A stretch of 58,003 nucleotides of DNA, filler included, from Catajapyx aquilonaris (Eukaryota): assembly GCA_000934665.2 (NCBI GenBank). It is 2 parts of 2 records of this genome, joined end to end, with 100 filler letters (N's around TTAATTAATTAA, not from the genome) between each part and the next. Parts side by side here need not be neighbours in the genome. Positions count along the whole stretch, not along the records: positions 1 to 28,931 come from KZ539231.1; 1 more part is not named here. The stretch is one strand, 5' to 3'. Position 1 is the stretch's first letter; each line of letters starts with the position of its first letter. The notes under the pieces were generated by a model. That model saw nothing but the letters and a program-made list of their open reading frames with translations. It did no database searches and was not told the DNA's origin. The position numbers and the translations under genes are program-made. Positions 1 to 10,580 of the stretch are shown here, piece by piece.

Positions 1-549
1 TCCTCAGCGTCAGTACTAGGTCCCTGCACACTCGTTTTTCAAGTAAGTATCACAACAGAGCTGTATTTCGCGCCGACCTAAACTCCCCAATTACCGCAAA
101 TCTTCTTTTCATGACAAGAAATCCTAACATTGCATTGTGTTAAACTGATTAGGTGTGCAATAAAGTTTTGTCCTTTAGCAATATTTTCTCGTGTAAAGGT
201 GAATTTTCCACCAGAATTCACTCCCAGGAAACATGATATTATAGGCTGTAAATCATATTGTAAAGTACTGTACCTGTTTCTGTCAATTTTTTCTTACCAT
301 GTAGTGATATTTTTGGAATATGAATACTGCGGAAGATTTCAGGACCTTGAAAATGTTAGTGTAAGAACCATTTTAATGAGGCAATACATCGCAGAAGTTT
401 CCGGGAAACGACTATTTTTTCTATCAGGGAATGCACGTGATTCACATAACAGAGCTGGAAGTGTCAGTCACAAATGTTGCTTACCTTGCTTGACTGAGAG
501 AACAAACGATATCCCTCAGTTCCAACACAATCTTGACTTAGCTCACATC

Positions 550-1757
550 ATGAAGGTTGAGGTGTACATAATTCTGGCTCTTGTGCCCTGTACCATATAT
601 GTTGAAGGATTTGCAAGAGGTCAGTACTGGTACTTCTCGATCCGGTGTAATATAACTTATGGATCTTGAACTATTTTCAGAGGATATAATTTCAAGATGC
701 ATGGACGCCAAGAGAGAAGATATTGAGCCATGTATAATGGAAATATTCAGTGACTTGCAACCTCAATATGAAGCTGGTGAGTGTGTATCCCCAACAGGTG
801 TCCACATTAATTATAATTCAATACGGTGCATAATATGTACTTAAATAGTATATTTTATCAAGCTTATCGAAAGGTCACAGCCTGATGTGGATGTATATAT
901 CACTGTATTTTGTATTTACCAAATGTTCCAACCCATTTGCACATTTTTTTGAAAACTGAAAAAATACGTTTGCTTTCAGGTATTCCTGAGTTTGGTTTGC
1001 CTCCTATGGCAGCAGTTCCATTCGATAAGTTCACAGTGACTGAATACCAAAACGAAAACAGTTACTTCAACCTAGAGATGCGGGACATTATCGGCGAAGG
1101 TCTCGATGAGAGCCAAATGGCAACACTGCAAGTGGACTATGACAATAAACTTATCCATTCGCAAATCCTACTGCCAGAGACTTTGGTGAAAAGCAAATAC
1201 ACGTTGAATGCAAAGTTGACTCTGATTCCCCTAGAAGGAGAAGGAACCTTGTGGGCCAAACTGAGTAAGTGAATTTTAATTACATCAACACACCTGGGAT
1301 AATAAAATATTTACTAATATATATTATCATCAGTATTTTTTCCTATGTTTTAAGTGCATTTAATTCATTTCAGAGACTGGTCATGCAGTAGTAGAATGCA
1401 CTTTTGATTTGATTGGTGATGATCCTCATTTGAAACTAGAGTGCAAAGTACCTGAACTCCAATTCCAGGACGTGACAATTAGATTGAACAATCTGTTCAA
1501 GGACAACCCGATTCTAAGTATGTTCAGATTAGAATAACCCATGCTATTATGATATTTATGTATTCTTTTCGTTTGCAGAGGAAGCAGCAGAATCGTTTGT
1601 CAACCAGAGTGGTCCAGATTTACTCGCTATAATCATACCAGAGCTTGAAAAGCGATTTGGCGAAGTTATTACCAGCTATGGAAATAATATTTTAGAAACA
1701 CTTTCCTTTACAGAGTTAGCAGGACAAGAGTATCTGAAGAAAGCGTTCAATATATAA
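550..1757 (+). CDS. Takeout/JHBP-family secreted protein, copy 1 (257 aa). Exons 550-619, 681-776, 980-1264, 1374-1517, 1579-1757.
   Basis: All introns are GT-AG and the exons join in frame (774 nt). Signal peptide MKVEVYIILALVPC; N-terminal Cys pair (SRCMDAKREDIEPC); takeout motifs GIPEFGLPP and LNNLFKDNPILKEAAESFVN. Lengths of exons 2-5 are identical to the three paralogues. Confidence 0.92.
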
Positions 1758-2116
1758 ATTGGTTTAAAAATAATGAGATTTGTTACTCTAAGACAGTTAC
1801 ACACTGTTTGAGGTGATAGATATAGTGGCCTCACGCCTAATCAGAGTCTAATCACTCTAATGCCATGAAACTGTAATGATTCCAACACCTATATAAGGAA
1901 CAACTAAGCATAATAATATATTATCGAATTTGCATTGTCAACAACAATGTCCTCTTTTGCAGTGACACCATTGAGATGACTCATAGTAGGCGTATTCGGC
2001 AATTCAGATGATTCTGAGATGTGTCACGTGATATCTGAGTTGTTAGCCCTGCCCCTCAGAAGATTATTGCCGAACGGCCGAACTGAGAGACCCCCCTACC
2101 CGCCTGTGGTGCATCC

Positions 2117-2261
2117 CAGTGATATGCCAATGTTCGGGTATTTCGGGGCCGAATTTCGGACGCTTGCGGGTAATGGTGCGGGTAAAATGAAAATGCGGGT
2201 AAAATCGGGTATTTTCAGGTCCTCTCGCGGGGTTTTCGGGCATTTTGCATTGGCAACACTG
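2117..2261. mobile_element. Short MITE with CAGTG..TGCCAA termini (hAT/P-like, 8-bp TSD type)
   Basis: Ends cagtgatatgccaatg ... cattggcaacactg. Flanks gtgcatcc and ctgcatca match 6/8 (degenerate TSD). Confidence 0.55.
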
Positions 2262-2331
2262 CTGCATCAATAACATGAATTTGTTGTCCTCCATGTTTCT
2301 CAGCAAGTAAGTGAGGTCAGGAGTACACTAA

Positions 2332-2829
2332 AGGTGGGTTTATACTCCGCCGTAAGGGGCGAGAAGTAGCAGTAGCGCCGTAAAGAAAGCGAGCCTGCTA
2401 CTGCAAGCGGTTTATACTAGCTACTGTACGTCTACTGTATGTCAAGCATTGCCGGATTCCTAGTACCCGTGGTGTCCGCCAGGTGTCCGCAGCTCCGGTC
2501 TGCCACGGATTTTGGACTTAAATTTTTTAATACTAAAAACGTCCATGGGTCTCGGCAATGATCATATTAGCTGGCCAAAAATCAAATCGTTCCGGGAGTA
2601 TGCCTTACGAGCCAGCTTTCGGACACATACGGCAAGCATTGCGGAGCTTTGCGGAGCCACCATTTTTTTTGCCGTAGTGGCCTTATGACGTAGCTGAAAA
2701 GTTGAATTTCGTTCAACTTTTGCAGCGGCCGTAGGGAGTTGAAATTCATGCCGTAGTGCGCTGGCGATACAGCAGAAGGCGTGCCGTAAGCTGCCGTAGT
2801 GCCCCTTACGGCGGAGTATAAACCCACCT
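2332..2829. mobile_element. PIF/Harbinger-like MITE nested in the 1988-2953 element
   Basis: 29-bp perfect TIR aggtgggtttatactccgccgtaaggggc / gccccttacggcggagtataaacccacct. TAA TSD at 2329-2331 and 2830-2832. Confidence 0.88.
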
Positions 2830-3664
2830 TAAGTTCCTGAGCTTGGGAAGTCAGGTAGGGAGCATGCGCACTTACTTCAGGGGGCGTGGCACCTGATTTG
2901 CCGAACATCCAAACAGCACAGGAAGTCAGATTCTTGAATTGCCGAATACGCCTTAAGTCACATTGCAAAACCGTAAATCGCACAATATTGTTGTAAATGT
3001 TTTGTTTGTTTTTCTATCCAAATAGTTTTCGATATAACCATGCCTGGCTGTGCCATTCAGGTATGGATACAGTGGCATGTGGCATCAATAAATTGGTAAT
3101 AAACTGAATAATAACTGTATCATGCACTGTTCACTTTTTCCTATGTAATTCCTGACCCTATCCACCAATTTTCATACTAAACTGAAGCAAATTATGCTCA
3201 GTCTAGAATAGTGGTGGAAATACTCTCTGCCCAGAACCGTGCTACGTTCGATGATAATTCCAAGCGAAACGGATTCTATAGCGGTCCCTTGAAGTCTCCT
3301 ATATCCGGAGTCGGCTTTATAATAAAGGTTGTGTATTTTTCTATTGCACACCAACATTTTATTTGACATTGTGGGCTTGGGGATGTAGCCTACACGGCTA
3401 TAATTTTGACCATACTTTACACAAGATGTACTACTTGTACAAGTACATGCAAAATAATTATTTTGGCCAGACGTGTCCTGGTGCTATACCGTTATCAGTG
3501 CTCCTTGTTATCATAGATTATACTATAGGTATAGGTAAATCCCCCAAATACCCTGCAAAGGGTGGCACGGGGTACTAAATAAATAAAAATAAAAATAAAA
3601 ACTATGGGTAAATGCAGTTGCATATAAATCCATGATGATAAGTCAGTCCATAAACCCAAGAGAA

Positions 3665-4428
3665 AGTAGGGTAAAGAGGGGCAGATGAATTTTTTAAAAA
3701 TCGGACAGTATTTTTATTGCTTGCTCATCTCAAATTTTGATCACTTCTGAAGCAATTCACTCTACTCTTCATACATCTACACAGGTCTTCAAATTATGCA
3801 CTAAATTAGATCACCTTTTCATCAGGCAGGTTGAATCATGGTGTGGGACATGTTGAATCATCGCATGAAGCAATTATTGCAAGAGAAAAGGGGAATTATT
3901 TGATGTGGCAAGGTGTGCTATGAAGCACTTAGGAGGAGAATGAATCATTAAAATATTCCACAAAAAACTGCTCTATTAGCCTATATATAACATGGTCAAA
4001 TTCATGAATTCAATGAATTCCTGCTCAAATTGTTCAAAGTAACAAAGTGAGTTCAGAAATGCACCCTCTCATTGCTCTGTTTCTGATTGCCGAAATATAA
4101 TCCTTGAAATGAATTATTTTCAAAAAATCGTTTCGAAACGATCACCTGCAATAGTACAGATTACTTAGATAAGCATCATCGCGTCATGAACATCCTCACT
4201 TGTTTTTTGATGCTAGAGCATAACACTATTTGTGAGTTATTTTGACCTTGCAATACAGTGCCTGAAATCCAATTTTGAAATCGGGTAAAATCTTCCATCC
4301 GCAAAAAATTATATGAATCATCAGGAAAATTGCATATTCAATCGTGTTGGTCATGACATTAAAATTAATAATATATTACTGACCTACACATATTATTTGC
4401 ATATGCCTGCTCTTTCCACTGACCACGC
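3665..4428. mobile_element. Possible degenerate pogo-like non-autonomous element
   Basis: Weak inverted similarity between gtagggtaaagaggggcagatg (~3666) and catatgcctgctctttccac (~4400). AT-rich interior, no clear TSD. Confidence 0.3.
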
Positions 4429-4661
4429 ACAGAGCATGCGCTGCTTGTCCTCTTTGTCCCTCATGTCCTGCCACATATTAGCTGTTCAGATTGGTTCCAG
4501 TGAGTCACAAGGAGTTCTTCATTTTTAAATAATTTATTAGTTTTTATGTACGAAGTGAGGCAAGTGTTACGTAATGAATACATATCGGTATGCAAAACCT
4601 GTCACCTTGAAGAATGGAATAAAAGCCCATATCGCAACCAGTCCTTCCTCGCAGAATCACC

Positions 4662-5875
4662 ATGAAGGTTCAACTGTGTCTGCTAGTCCTTGTGCCGGCC
4701 ATCTTTGCTTCTGTTATACCAAAAGGTCAGTATTTTTCAAATTCTTACTAGAAAAGTCAGCGTATTTTTTTCTACTAATTAAGTAGTCAAATCCTGACCC
4801 AAAATATTTACAAAAATAGTCTTCTAAAAGATTAATTAATTTTCAGCGGACGTGATTTCTCGATGCAAAGATGCAAGTCAGGCAGATATGGGGGCATGCA
4901 TTATGAAGATTTTCAACGATATGATACCGGATTTTGCTGAAGGTAATACCTATAGCATGTAGCATTATAACCAATGCCAATGTGTGGAAAGGTGCTAACT
5001 ACAACTAACAACTACTGTACTTTCAGGTCTCCCTGAGTTTTCCCTGCCATCTATGTCTGAAGTCCCAATAGAAAATTACGGAGTGAGTGACTACCAAAGC
5101 GAGAATAGTTACTTCAACATAGATATGGCGGATATTACATCCAAGGGGATGGAGGAATCAAAGTTGGTCAAGCTCGATATCGATTACGACAACAAGGTTG
5201 CTACCTGGGAAACAAATGTACCGGAGATCTTTGTGCGTGCAAAATACAAGATGACAGCCAAGTTGACTTTCATTCCCATCGAAGGTGAAGGAACCATGTG
5301 GGGAAAGATGGGTAAGTAAAATATGCAAAGCACTGATAAAAAAATTATGACAATATCCACTGCTACTGCAAACTACAATTTGGATCTATGTTATGGCCAA
5401 TGGCTTTATGCTAATTTTCTTTGCACATTTCAGGAAATGTTGCGGTCAAGGGACACCACAAATTTGACTTTGTTGGCGATGATAAGCACTTGATGACCGT
5501 TGGTACAGTGGACGATCTGGACTCCGAAACCTTGACAGTTCGATTCAACAATCTCTTCCCAGGAAACGAAATCTTGAGTAATAAGATAATTAATTCGCAT
5601 AGATTAGATGGGCATCACTCACACAACCTGCAGACCATACCCATTAAATCAAGGTTATTTTCTAAATAATTAAGCCGCTATGTCCTATGTTTTCAGAGGA
5701 AGCTGCCGAAGCGTTCATTAACGGAAACACCAAAGATATTGCCGATCTCATCGAGCCCGAGTTGAATAAGAAATTGAGCATACTCGTCACAAACACTGTC
5801 AACAATATAGGAGCCACTCTTCCACTGAAGGACATTGCAGGAGAACAATACATCCGAAAAGCCTTCAACCTCTAA
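4662..5875 (+). CDS. Takeout/JHBP-family secreted protein, copy 2 (255 aa). Exons 4662-4725, 4847-4942, 5027-5311, 5434-5577, 5697-5875.
   Basis: GT-AG introns, in frame (768 nt). Signal peptide MKVQLCLLVLVPAIFA; Cys pair SRCKDASQADMGAC; motifs GLPEFSLPSM and FNNLFPGNEILKEAAEAFIN. AATAAA at ~5997. Confidence 0.93.
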
Positions 5876-6329
5876 AGTTTCAATTGCAGTAAAATGCAGT
5901 TATGCATTATTATGGAAGACGTAATGTACATTAATTTTGTGATTTTGCATCAACCGTATATGTATGGAAGTGGTGAATATATTAAAGGAATTGGTTAATA
6001 AAAAATACCTCGACCAACCAGAGTTTGATGTAGGCTCTAATGTCATAAATGCTGTTTACCAGCGTTCATTTGTTCCGCGATATAATGTCCGCGATAATGC
6101 GCATGCAACATGAACATTTCATGCATGTCATTATTATATTCTGATTTTTACAACAAAATAATGACAATAATGCTTGACGGAGAAGCATGTAATCACATCC
6201 ACTATATGACAGATATCACTACTTAGATGATTCTTCTCCACGACAATCACTCTCTGCATTTTTGATATGGATGGTCGGAGCTGCTAGGCTGGGCTCTCGT
6301 AGGCCCAATGCAACGGAGAGAGTCTGAAC

Positions 6330-6490
6330 CATTACACTGGACCTACCAGCCCAGTCCAGTTTCCACCTGGCAAGACAGGCTCCCGGCCAGCATCCTCCGC
6401 AGGGGCTTCGATGTGGAAGTTTCCTTATCTCTTCTCTCTTGTGCTCACAGAGCCCAGATAGAACACTCACAGGCACGGAAACATTGGCGT
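6330..6490 (-). pseudogene. Divergent ionotropic receptor (IR) fragment, S1 ligand-binding lobe
   Basis: Minus-strand translation NFHIEAPAEDAGREPVLPGGNWTGLVGPV* matches the iGluR/IR S1 signature NGTWxGLVG. Stops lie on both sides. DNA is similar to 8150-8330 and 9060-9180. Confidence 0.7.
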
Positions 6491-6651
6491 ATTGTGTATT
6501 TTCTTACAATCTGACATCCGTAGTGTGTTGTTTGGATTTCATGCGCATACAATATTCTCCATATTACAAGTATTCCAACATTGTATAGCCATAGGTATTG
6601 CAAAGGTAATTGCCAAATCAATGAGTTACCCCTACGGAAAAGTATTTCATA

Positions 6652-6679
6652 ACCCGAGGAACGCCGGGTATGCTGCTAG
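6652..6679 (+). mobile_element. Helitron 3' terminus
   Basis: GC hairpin acccgaggaacgccgggt followed by CTAG|T, the typical insect Helitron 3' end. The 5' end was not located. Confidence 0.6.
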
Positions 6680-6699
6680 TACACTGATAAACTTACAGT

Positions 6700-7080
6700 A
6701 GCCTACGTACATGTTGCACTGGATGTGAGTGTGCAACACTCTTCCAAGTGTTACAAGTTTGGCGACATGATGCTTGTGACCCAGCTAGCAACTCTTGGAA
6801 GAGTGTTGCAGAATGGAATATTTAGGCAAGGCAAAGCCATAAATAGGTTGACGGTACCCAAATATTCGGTTCTGCAATAAATTGTCGTGAGGAAGAAGCA
6901 CGTCGTGACATCTGGTGCACTGCTCGCTCAGCTCCTATAGTTCAGATTCTCGGCTGGACTCCTGATTGGACTGGATTAATAGGGCCAATTCAGCGATTTC
7001 AGACTCTACGAGACCAGTCCAACCAGGAGTCCAACGATTTCAAACTCGACCTCCTCTGCAACGGTCCGACCAGTGCCTGT
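6700..7080 (-). pseudogene. IR pseudogene fragment (end of S1 joined to S2 across a deletion), interrupted by a hairpin insertion
   Basis: Reads LVGPLQRR..EIVGL.. then DVTTCFFLTT, then YGFALPKYSILQHSSKSC*LGH[insert]IQCNMY. The last part aligns with IGFSLPKYQILFHYWKRCELGHVQSYMY in the 12.4-13.0 kb ORF. Confidence 0.72.
6732..6810 (-). repeat. 79-nt fold-back hairpin (inverted duplication of IR S2 sequence)
   Basis: tgcaacactcttccaag...cttggaagagtgttgca forms 17 perfect pairs, and imperfect pairing continues almost to the centre. Confidence 0.85.
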
Positions 7081-7084
7081 ATAT

Positions 7085-7395
7085 GTTGGACTGGATGTGA
7101 CCCAGCTTTCATCTTTTTTGAAAGAATGAAACAAAATGGCATACTTAGGCAATTAGAGAATACAGCGGTGATCCACAGAGTAGGCCTACTCGGGAATGAT
7201 CTGGACGGGACAGTTTCCATCCAAGTGCATGGACTGAATGGATATGTAATATGTCATGCCTCAGCAGAGGGTACATAGTGCTCCACCCAACTCTGACTTC
7301 TTTCTCAGCAGAATTAGGGGCAGCTTTATGCTGCCTGCTGCTAGGCCTACTTCCGCAGAGATCCCACCAGGCCTCTGTCCAGTTGCCATCTGTCA
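7085..7395 (-). pseudogene. IR pseudogene fragment (S1 GNWT motif plus S2 segment)
   Basis: 7085-7250 aligns at DNA level to 12605-12760 (gtgatccacag...agtttccatccaagt). 7345-7395 reads DGNWT..GLVG with a frameshift. Confidence 0.72.
7258..7346 (-). repeat. Degenerate ~89-nt fold-back hairpin inside an IR fragment
   Basis: gcctcagcagagggtacatagtgctccacccaactctg aligns with the reverse complement of cagaattaggggcagctttatgctgcctgctgctaggc, with many mismatches. Confidence 0.55.
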
Positions 7396-7829
7396 AAATG
7401 TCTATTCATAAGATATTACAGCTCTCTTGAGACACTATAGTGTGCGAGTTATCTACAGTAATAGACTAATGATTAACAATAACCTTCAATAGGAACCCAT
7501 GCAAATTAGAATATCACTTGCATGATAGGCCATCAAAAATAGATATACGAACACTATACACATCGCAACAAAGTCTGAGGATCATAAATTTAACGCAGTT
7601 TACTATGTGAATAAAATTCTATCCGTACCAATAGTTGTGGATAATGTTCAATCAGAAATTAACTGATTTAACAGAATTGGCTGAACTGAACAGCTTCAGT
7701 GGATTCAGAACATCAGAAGTGGAATTGAGTGTGTAAAGTGAAGGGTTTGAATTAATTCAAATTCACAGGAATTACATCAATTTTCACAATTATTCATTTT
7801 CACTGGTAAACATACCGTATACACTATAC

Positions 7830-8395
7830 TGTAGACTGGACATGTGATCCAGTTCTTATCTTTTGAAACAGTGAAACAGAATGCCTCGGCACCACTAAGC
7901 CAGCCGTCACCCAATTCGAGCTTCGGGTCACGGTTGGCTTCGCGGTGCCGAAGAATTCAATTATGCAGTGAACTGTCATGGAGAAGAAGCACGTCGTGAC
8001 ATCTACGATAGCCACTGACGTCACTGGTGCACTGCGCAGCTCCTAGTTCGGATTATCGCATGGACTTTTGATTGGACCGAGCCTATATGTAGGGATTTCA
8101 GACTCTAGAGTCTAGACTACTAGGCCATGCCAGTCTGGTGATTTCCATCGGCATCCTCTGCGTATGTTCCACCAGACCTGTCCAGTTTGTGCCTGCCACA
8201 GCCGGGTCCAGGCTAGCATCCTCCACATGGGCTTCGATACGGGAGTTTCTTTACGTGGGGGACGCATTATCTGACGGCTGTCTCTTGTTCGCACAGAGTC
8301 GATGTAGAACACACGGAAACACTGGATTGTCATTTGTCAGGAAGAAGTCCAGGGATTCGTTGCTTGGACCGACAAAGATCGTGACATTCATATAG
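7830..8395 (-). pseudogene. IR pseudogene fragment (pre-S1, S1, then a short S2 piece)
   Basis: Reads MNVTIFVGPSNESLDFFLTNDNPVFP...RIEAHVEDASLDPAVAGTNWTGLVEHTQR, then DVTTCFF. 7835-7880 matches 12605-12655. In-frame stops are present. Confidence 0.7.
7884..7953 (-). repeat. 70-nt fold-back hairpin
   Basis: 30-nt arms cctcggcaccactaagccagccgtcaccca / cgggtcacggttggcttcgcggtgccgaag have 6 mismatches, 3 of which are G:U on the - strand. Confidence 0.85.
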
Positions 8396-8443
8396 CGACC
8401 TTGTCCTGAAAGGCCGTTATATTAACATAACGATCTCGGTCGG
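8369..8443 (-). repeat. ~75-nt fold-back hairpin
   Basis: 27-nt core arms agatcgtgacattcatatagcgacctt / aaggccgttatattaacataacgatct, with 3 G:U pairs on the - strand. One arm is the IR-like MNVTIF segment. Confidence 0.8.
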
Positions 8444-8939
8444 ATAGTCGATAGAGAATGCCGAAGTTGTAATTTGTCGGATGAGTTAATCTAGGAATCA
8501 CTCCAGGTTGGACAGATTCAGCCCCTAGCTCTCTACACAATCTTGGAATTGCGACGAATAATTTGCTATTACAAGGAGTCTAAAATAATATGTTATTACA
8601 TACAACTTCACTTCAGCTTGAATATTCGGCGACCTCTAAAGTACAGTACAGTACAGTATAGTACAGTACAGTACATAATTATGTCGGTCGGATTAATCTG
8701 GGAAATAATACAGATTAGACTGATTCAGGCCCTCTTTTCCTGATGGTTCTGCTCCACCCTGACACTGCCACTAATAAATGATTATTATGAAGGAGCAAAA
8801 ATTGTTATCGTAAACACAGTACATTTTTGTTATTATTATAATAATTTATTGTAAATTGTAGCGGTACGACTAACAAAATAGCACAATGAGCCTTTTACCT
8901 TCATGGCAGTCAGTCCAAATGGGTTTGATGATAGAGACA

Positions 8940-9245
8940 GCAGCACTAGTTCAGATTCTCGACTGTACTCCAGACTGTACTGGCTTAGTACAGGTCAACG
9001 ATTTCCGGCTCTACAAGGTCAGTCCAGTCTGGAGTCCACCGATTTCAGACACCTTCCTCTGCATAGGTCCCACCAGGCCATCATCCTCCACAGGGGCTTC
9101 GATGTGGAAGTTTCTGTACGTGGGGGATGTTATCTGCCCAGGTAGAACACTCGTACGTACGGAAACACTGGATTGTCATTCGCCAGGAAGAAGTCCAGGA
9201 ATGAGTTGCTTGAGCCTGCAAAGAACGTGATGTTGAGTACAGCAA
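8940..9245 (-). pseudogene. IR pseudogene fragment (pre-S1 and S1)
   Basis: Reads VLNITFFAGSSNSFLDFFLANDNPVFP...RNFHIEAPVEDDGLVGPMQRKVSEIGGLQ, with stops and a frameshift. Paralogous to 8040-8395. Confidence 0.7.
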
Positions 9246-9629
9246 CTGCGCTATTCAAAAGCTTAGGAACTAGACTACTAGAGAGTAATCTTCATTGCCT
9301 AGACAGAAGCACATGCAGGCCTAATGACGGTAATTTGCAAGACCCCTTTTGTGTTGGGTCATTTATGGGGTTTAATTTCAAGTTCCACTCAAATTACATT
9401 GTAATGAAAATTGAAAGTCAAATGCTTGGTTCCATAATTGACAGCTTTTAAATACACAGTTTAGGATTGAGGTTAACTGAATATGAGGTAGGCCTACCCA
9501 AATATCCACGTAAGTAAGGTCAGGAAGTATAGGGCAGAAGTAGTTCCTTGTTTGCTTGAGCCTATACCGAGAACACAATATTAATTAAAATATTTGCCGT
9601 TCAGGCCGTTCGAATAATCTGAGAATAGA

Positions 9630-9707
9630 GGGTATGAATCCGACTTACCTGGAGGACTTGATAAGTTAATTATTATCAAGTCCTCCTGGTCAGCCGGAAT
9701 CAGCCCC
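9630..9707 (-). repeat. 78-nt fold-back hairpin
   Basis: 35-nt arms gggtatgaatccgacttacctggaggacttgataa / ttatcaagtcctcctggtcagccggaatcagcccc; the inner 14 bp are perfect. Confidence 0.85.
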
Positions 9708-9783
9708 ATTTGCTTGCTGTACGAGTGTGTCTTTCTACTATCTTGGGAGTACCACGATTGTTGCAGAAGTGGGAGTTGGTGAT

Positions 9784-9857
9784 GATGCTGATGATGTCTA
9801 ATTCCGCATGGACAAGCGTCTGGGCTTGTCCATGAAAAACCAGACATCATCAGCGTC
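9784..9857 (-). repeat. 74-nt fold-back hairpin
   Basis: 34-nt arms gatgctgatgatgtctaattccgcatggacaagc / gcttgtccatgaaaaaccagacatcatcagcgtc with a 6-nt loop. Four of the 6 mismatches become G:U on the - strand. Confidence 0.88.
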
Positions 9858-10214
9858 TGGAACAGGAACTCGTAGTCCAAGTGAGAATGTCCCTCGATAC
9901 GTCCTCATTGTCCGGGCTGTACTGTAGTCGAGGAATTGGTAGGTTCTTGAGCTCATGCTGATGACTGTCTTGATGAAAATATTGAAGTGACACTCGGAAA
10001 ATAGTATCATAAAGATTAGTTTTAAACGATACAGCGTGTGACATTTGACTTTATTTTTAACGACCCGACAGGTTTATTTACAGCAGGCTGTTATAAAGGT
10101 TACAAGTCATTTTTCGAGAAATACGTGAGGTAAAAAGCCGTATCAAATAACATTCTTTTAGCAAATGTTTATGTGTTATTTGTATAATGGAAATCTTTTG
10201 AAGTACCGTAGTGG

Positions 10215-10580
10215 AGTACTTCATGTCCAGGGTGAAGGGCTGGGCTATGTCTCCCCAGGTGAACAGAAGCCAAGGAGTCCGGTTGGAGAGAGTGATTGTC
10301 ATGGAGATAAAAGCACGTGGTGGCATTAAGTCGTAGATATCATGAGACTACTCTCAGGATATCTACGACTTAATACCACCACGTACACGTATAGGGGCGT
10401 CCTCAGTGATAACTAGACGTCATAACATTCTGCATATACAGTGCATAGAGTGGCTTTCAGTTCATATTCTCGGCTGGACTCCAGACTGGACCGGCCTAGG
10501 GGGGCAATTCAGCGATCTCAGACCCTACAAGGCCAGTCCAACCTGGAGTCCACCGATTCCATACTTCCTCCTATGCACAG
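10215..10580 (-). pseudogene. IR pseudogene fragment (end of S1 to pre-M1)
   Basis: Reads YGIGGLQVGL..RSLNCPPRPVQ, then RTPWLLFTWGDIAQPFTLDM, resembling the IR pre-M1 motif P..W....PF...VW. DNA matches 6940-7040 and 8950-9050. Confidence 0.7.
10315..10384 (-). repeat. 70-nt near-perfect fold-back hairpin
   Basis: acgtggtggcattaagtcgtagatatcatgaga-ctac-tctcaggatatctacgacttaataccaccacgt: 31 of 33 positions pair, and one mismatch is G:U on the - strand. Confidence 0.92.

Larger units (their letters stand above)
1988..2953. mobile_element. Non-autonomous TIR element (PIF/Harbinger-like MITE) carrying two nested insertions
   Basis: TIRs aggcgtattcggcaattca (1988) and tgaattgccgaatacgcct (ends 2953). 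Flanks are TWA-like but the TSD is imperfect. Confidence 0.7.

Noticed and set aside
1..50. Possible non-coding first exon of takeout copy 1 (TCAGT at 10, gtaagt at 43)
   Set aside because: These are short motifs only, and an alternative Inr-like tcagtt sits at ~516. It cannot be decided without transcripts.
130..669. 179-aa ORF
   Set aside because: It has a non-ATG start. Only 550-619 is real (the signal-peptide exon of takeout copy 1); the rest is upstream and intron read-through.
2582..2983. 133-aa minus-strand ORF
   Set aside because: It crosses the boundary between two nested MITEs and has no recognisable motifs.
6246..6320. Additional weak hairpins (6246-6320, ~6490-6555, ~8453-8535, ~9524-9567, ~9870-9920)
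   Set aside because: They have too many mismatches to separate from chance by eye, so I did not count them in the hairpin cluster.
9581..10044. Short minus-strand ORFs as a possible IR N-terminal domain
   Set aside because: Position and strand fit, but I can see no diagnostic motif; it needs BLASTX.
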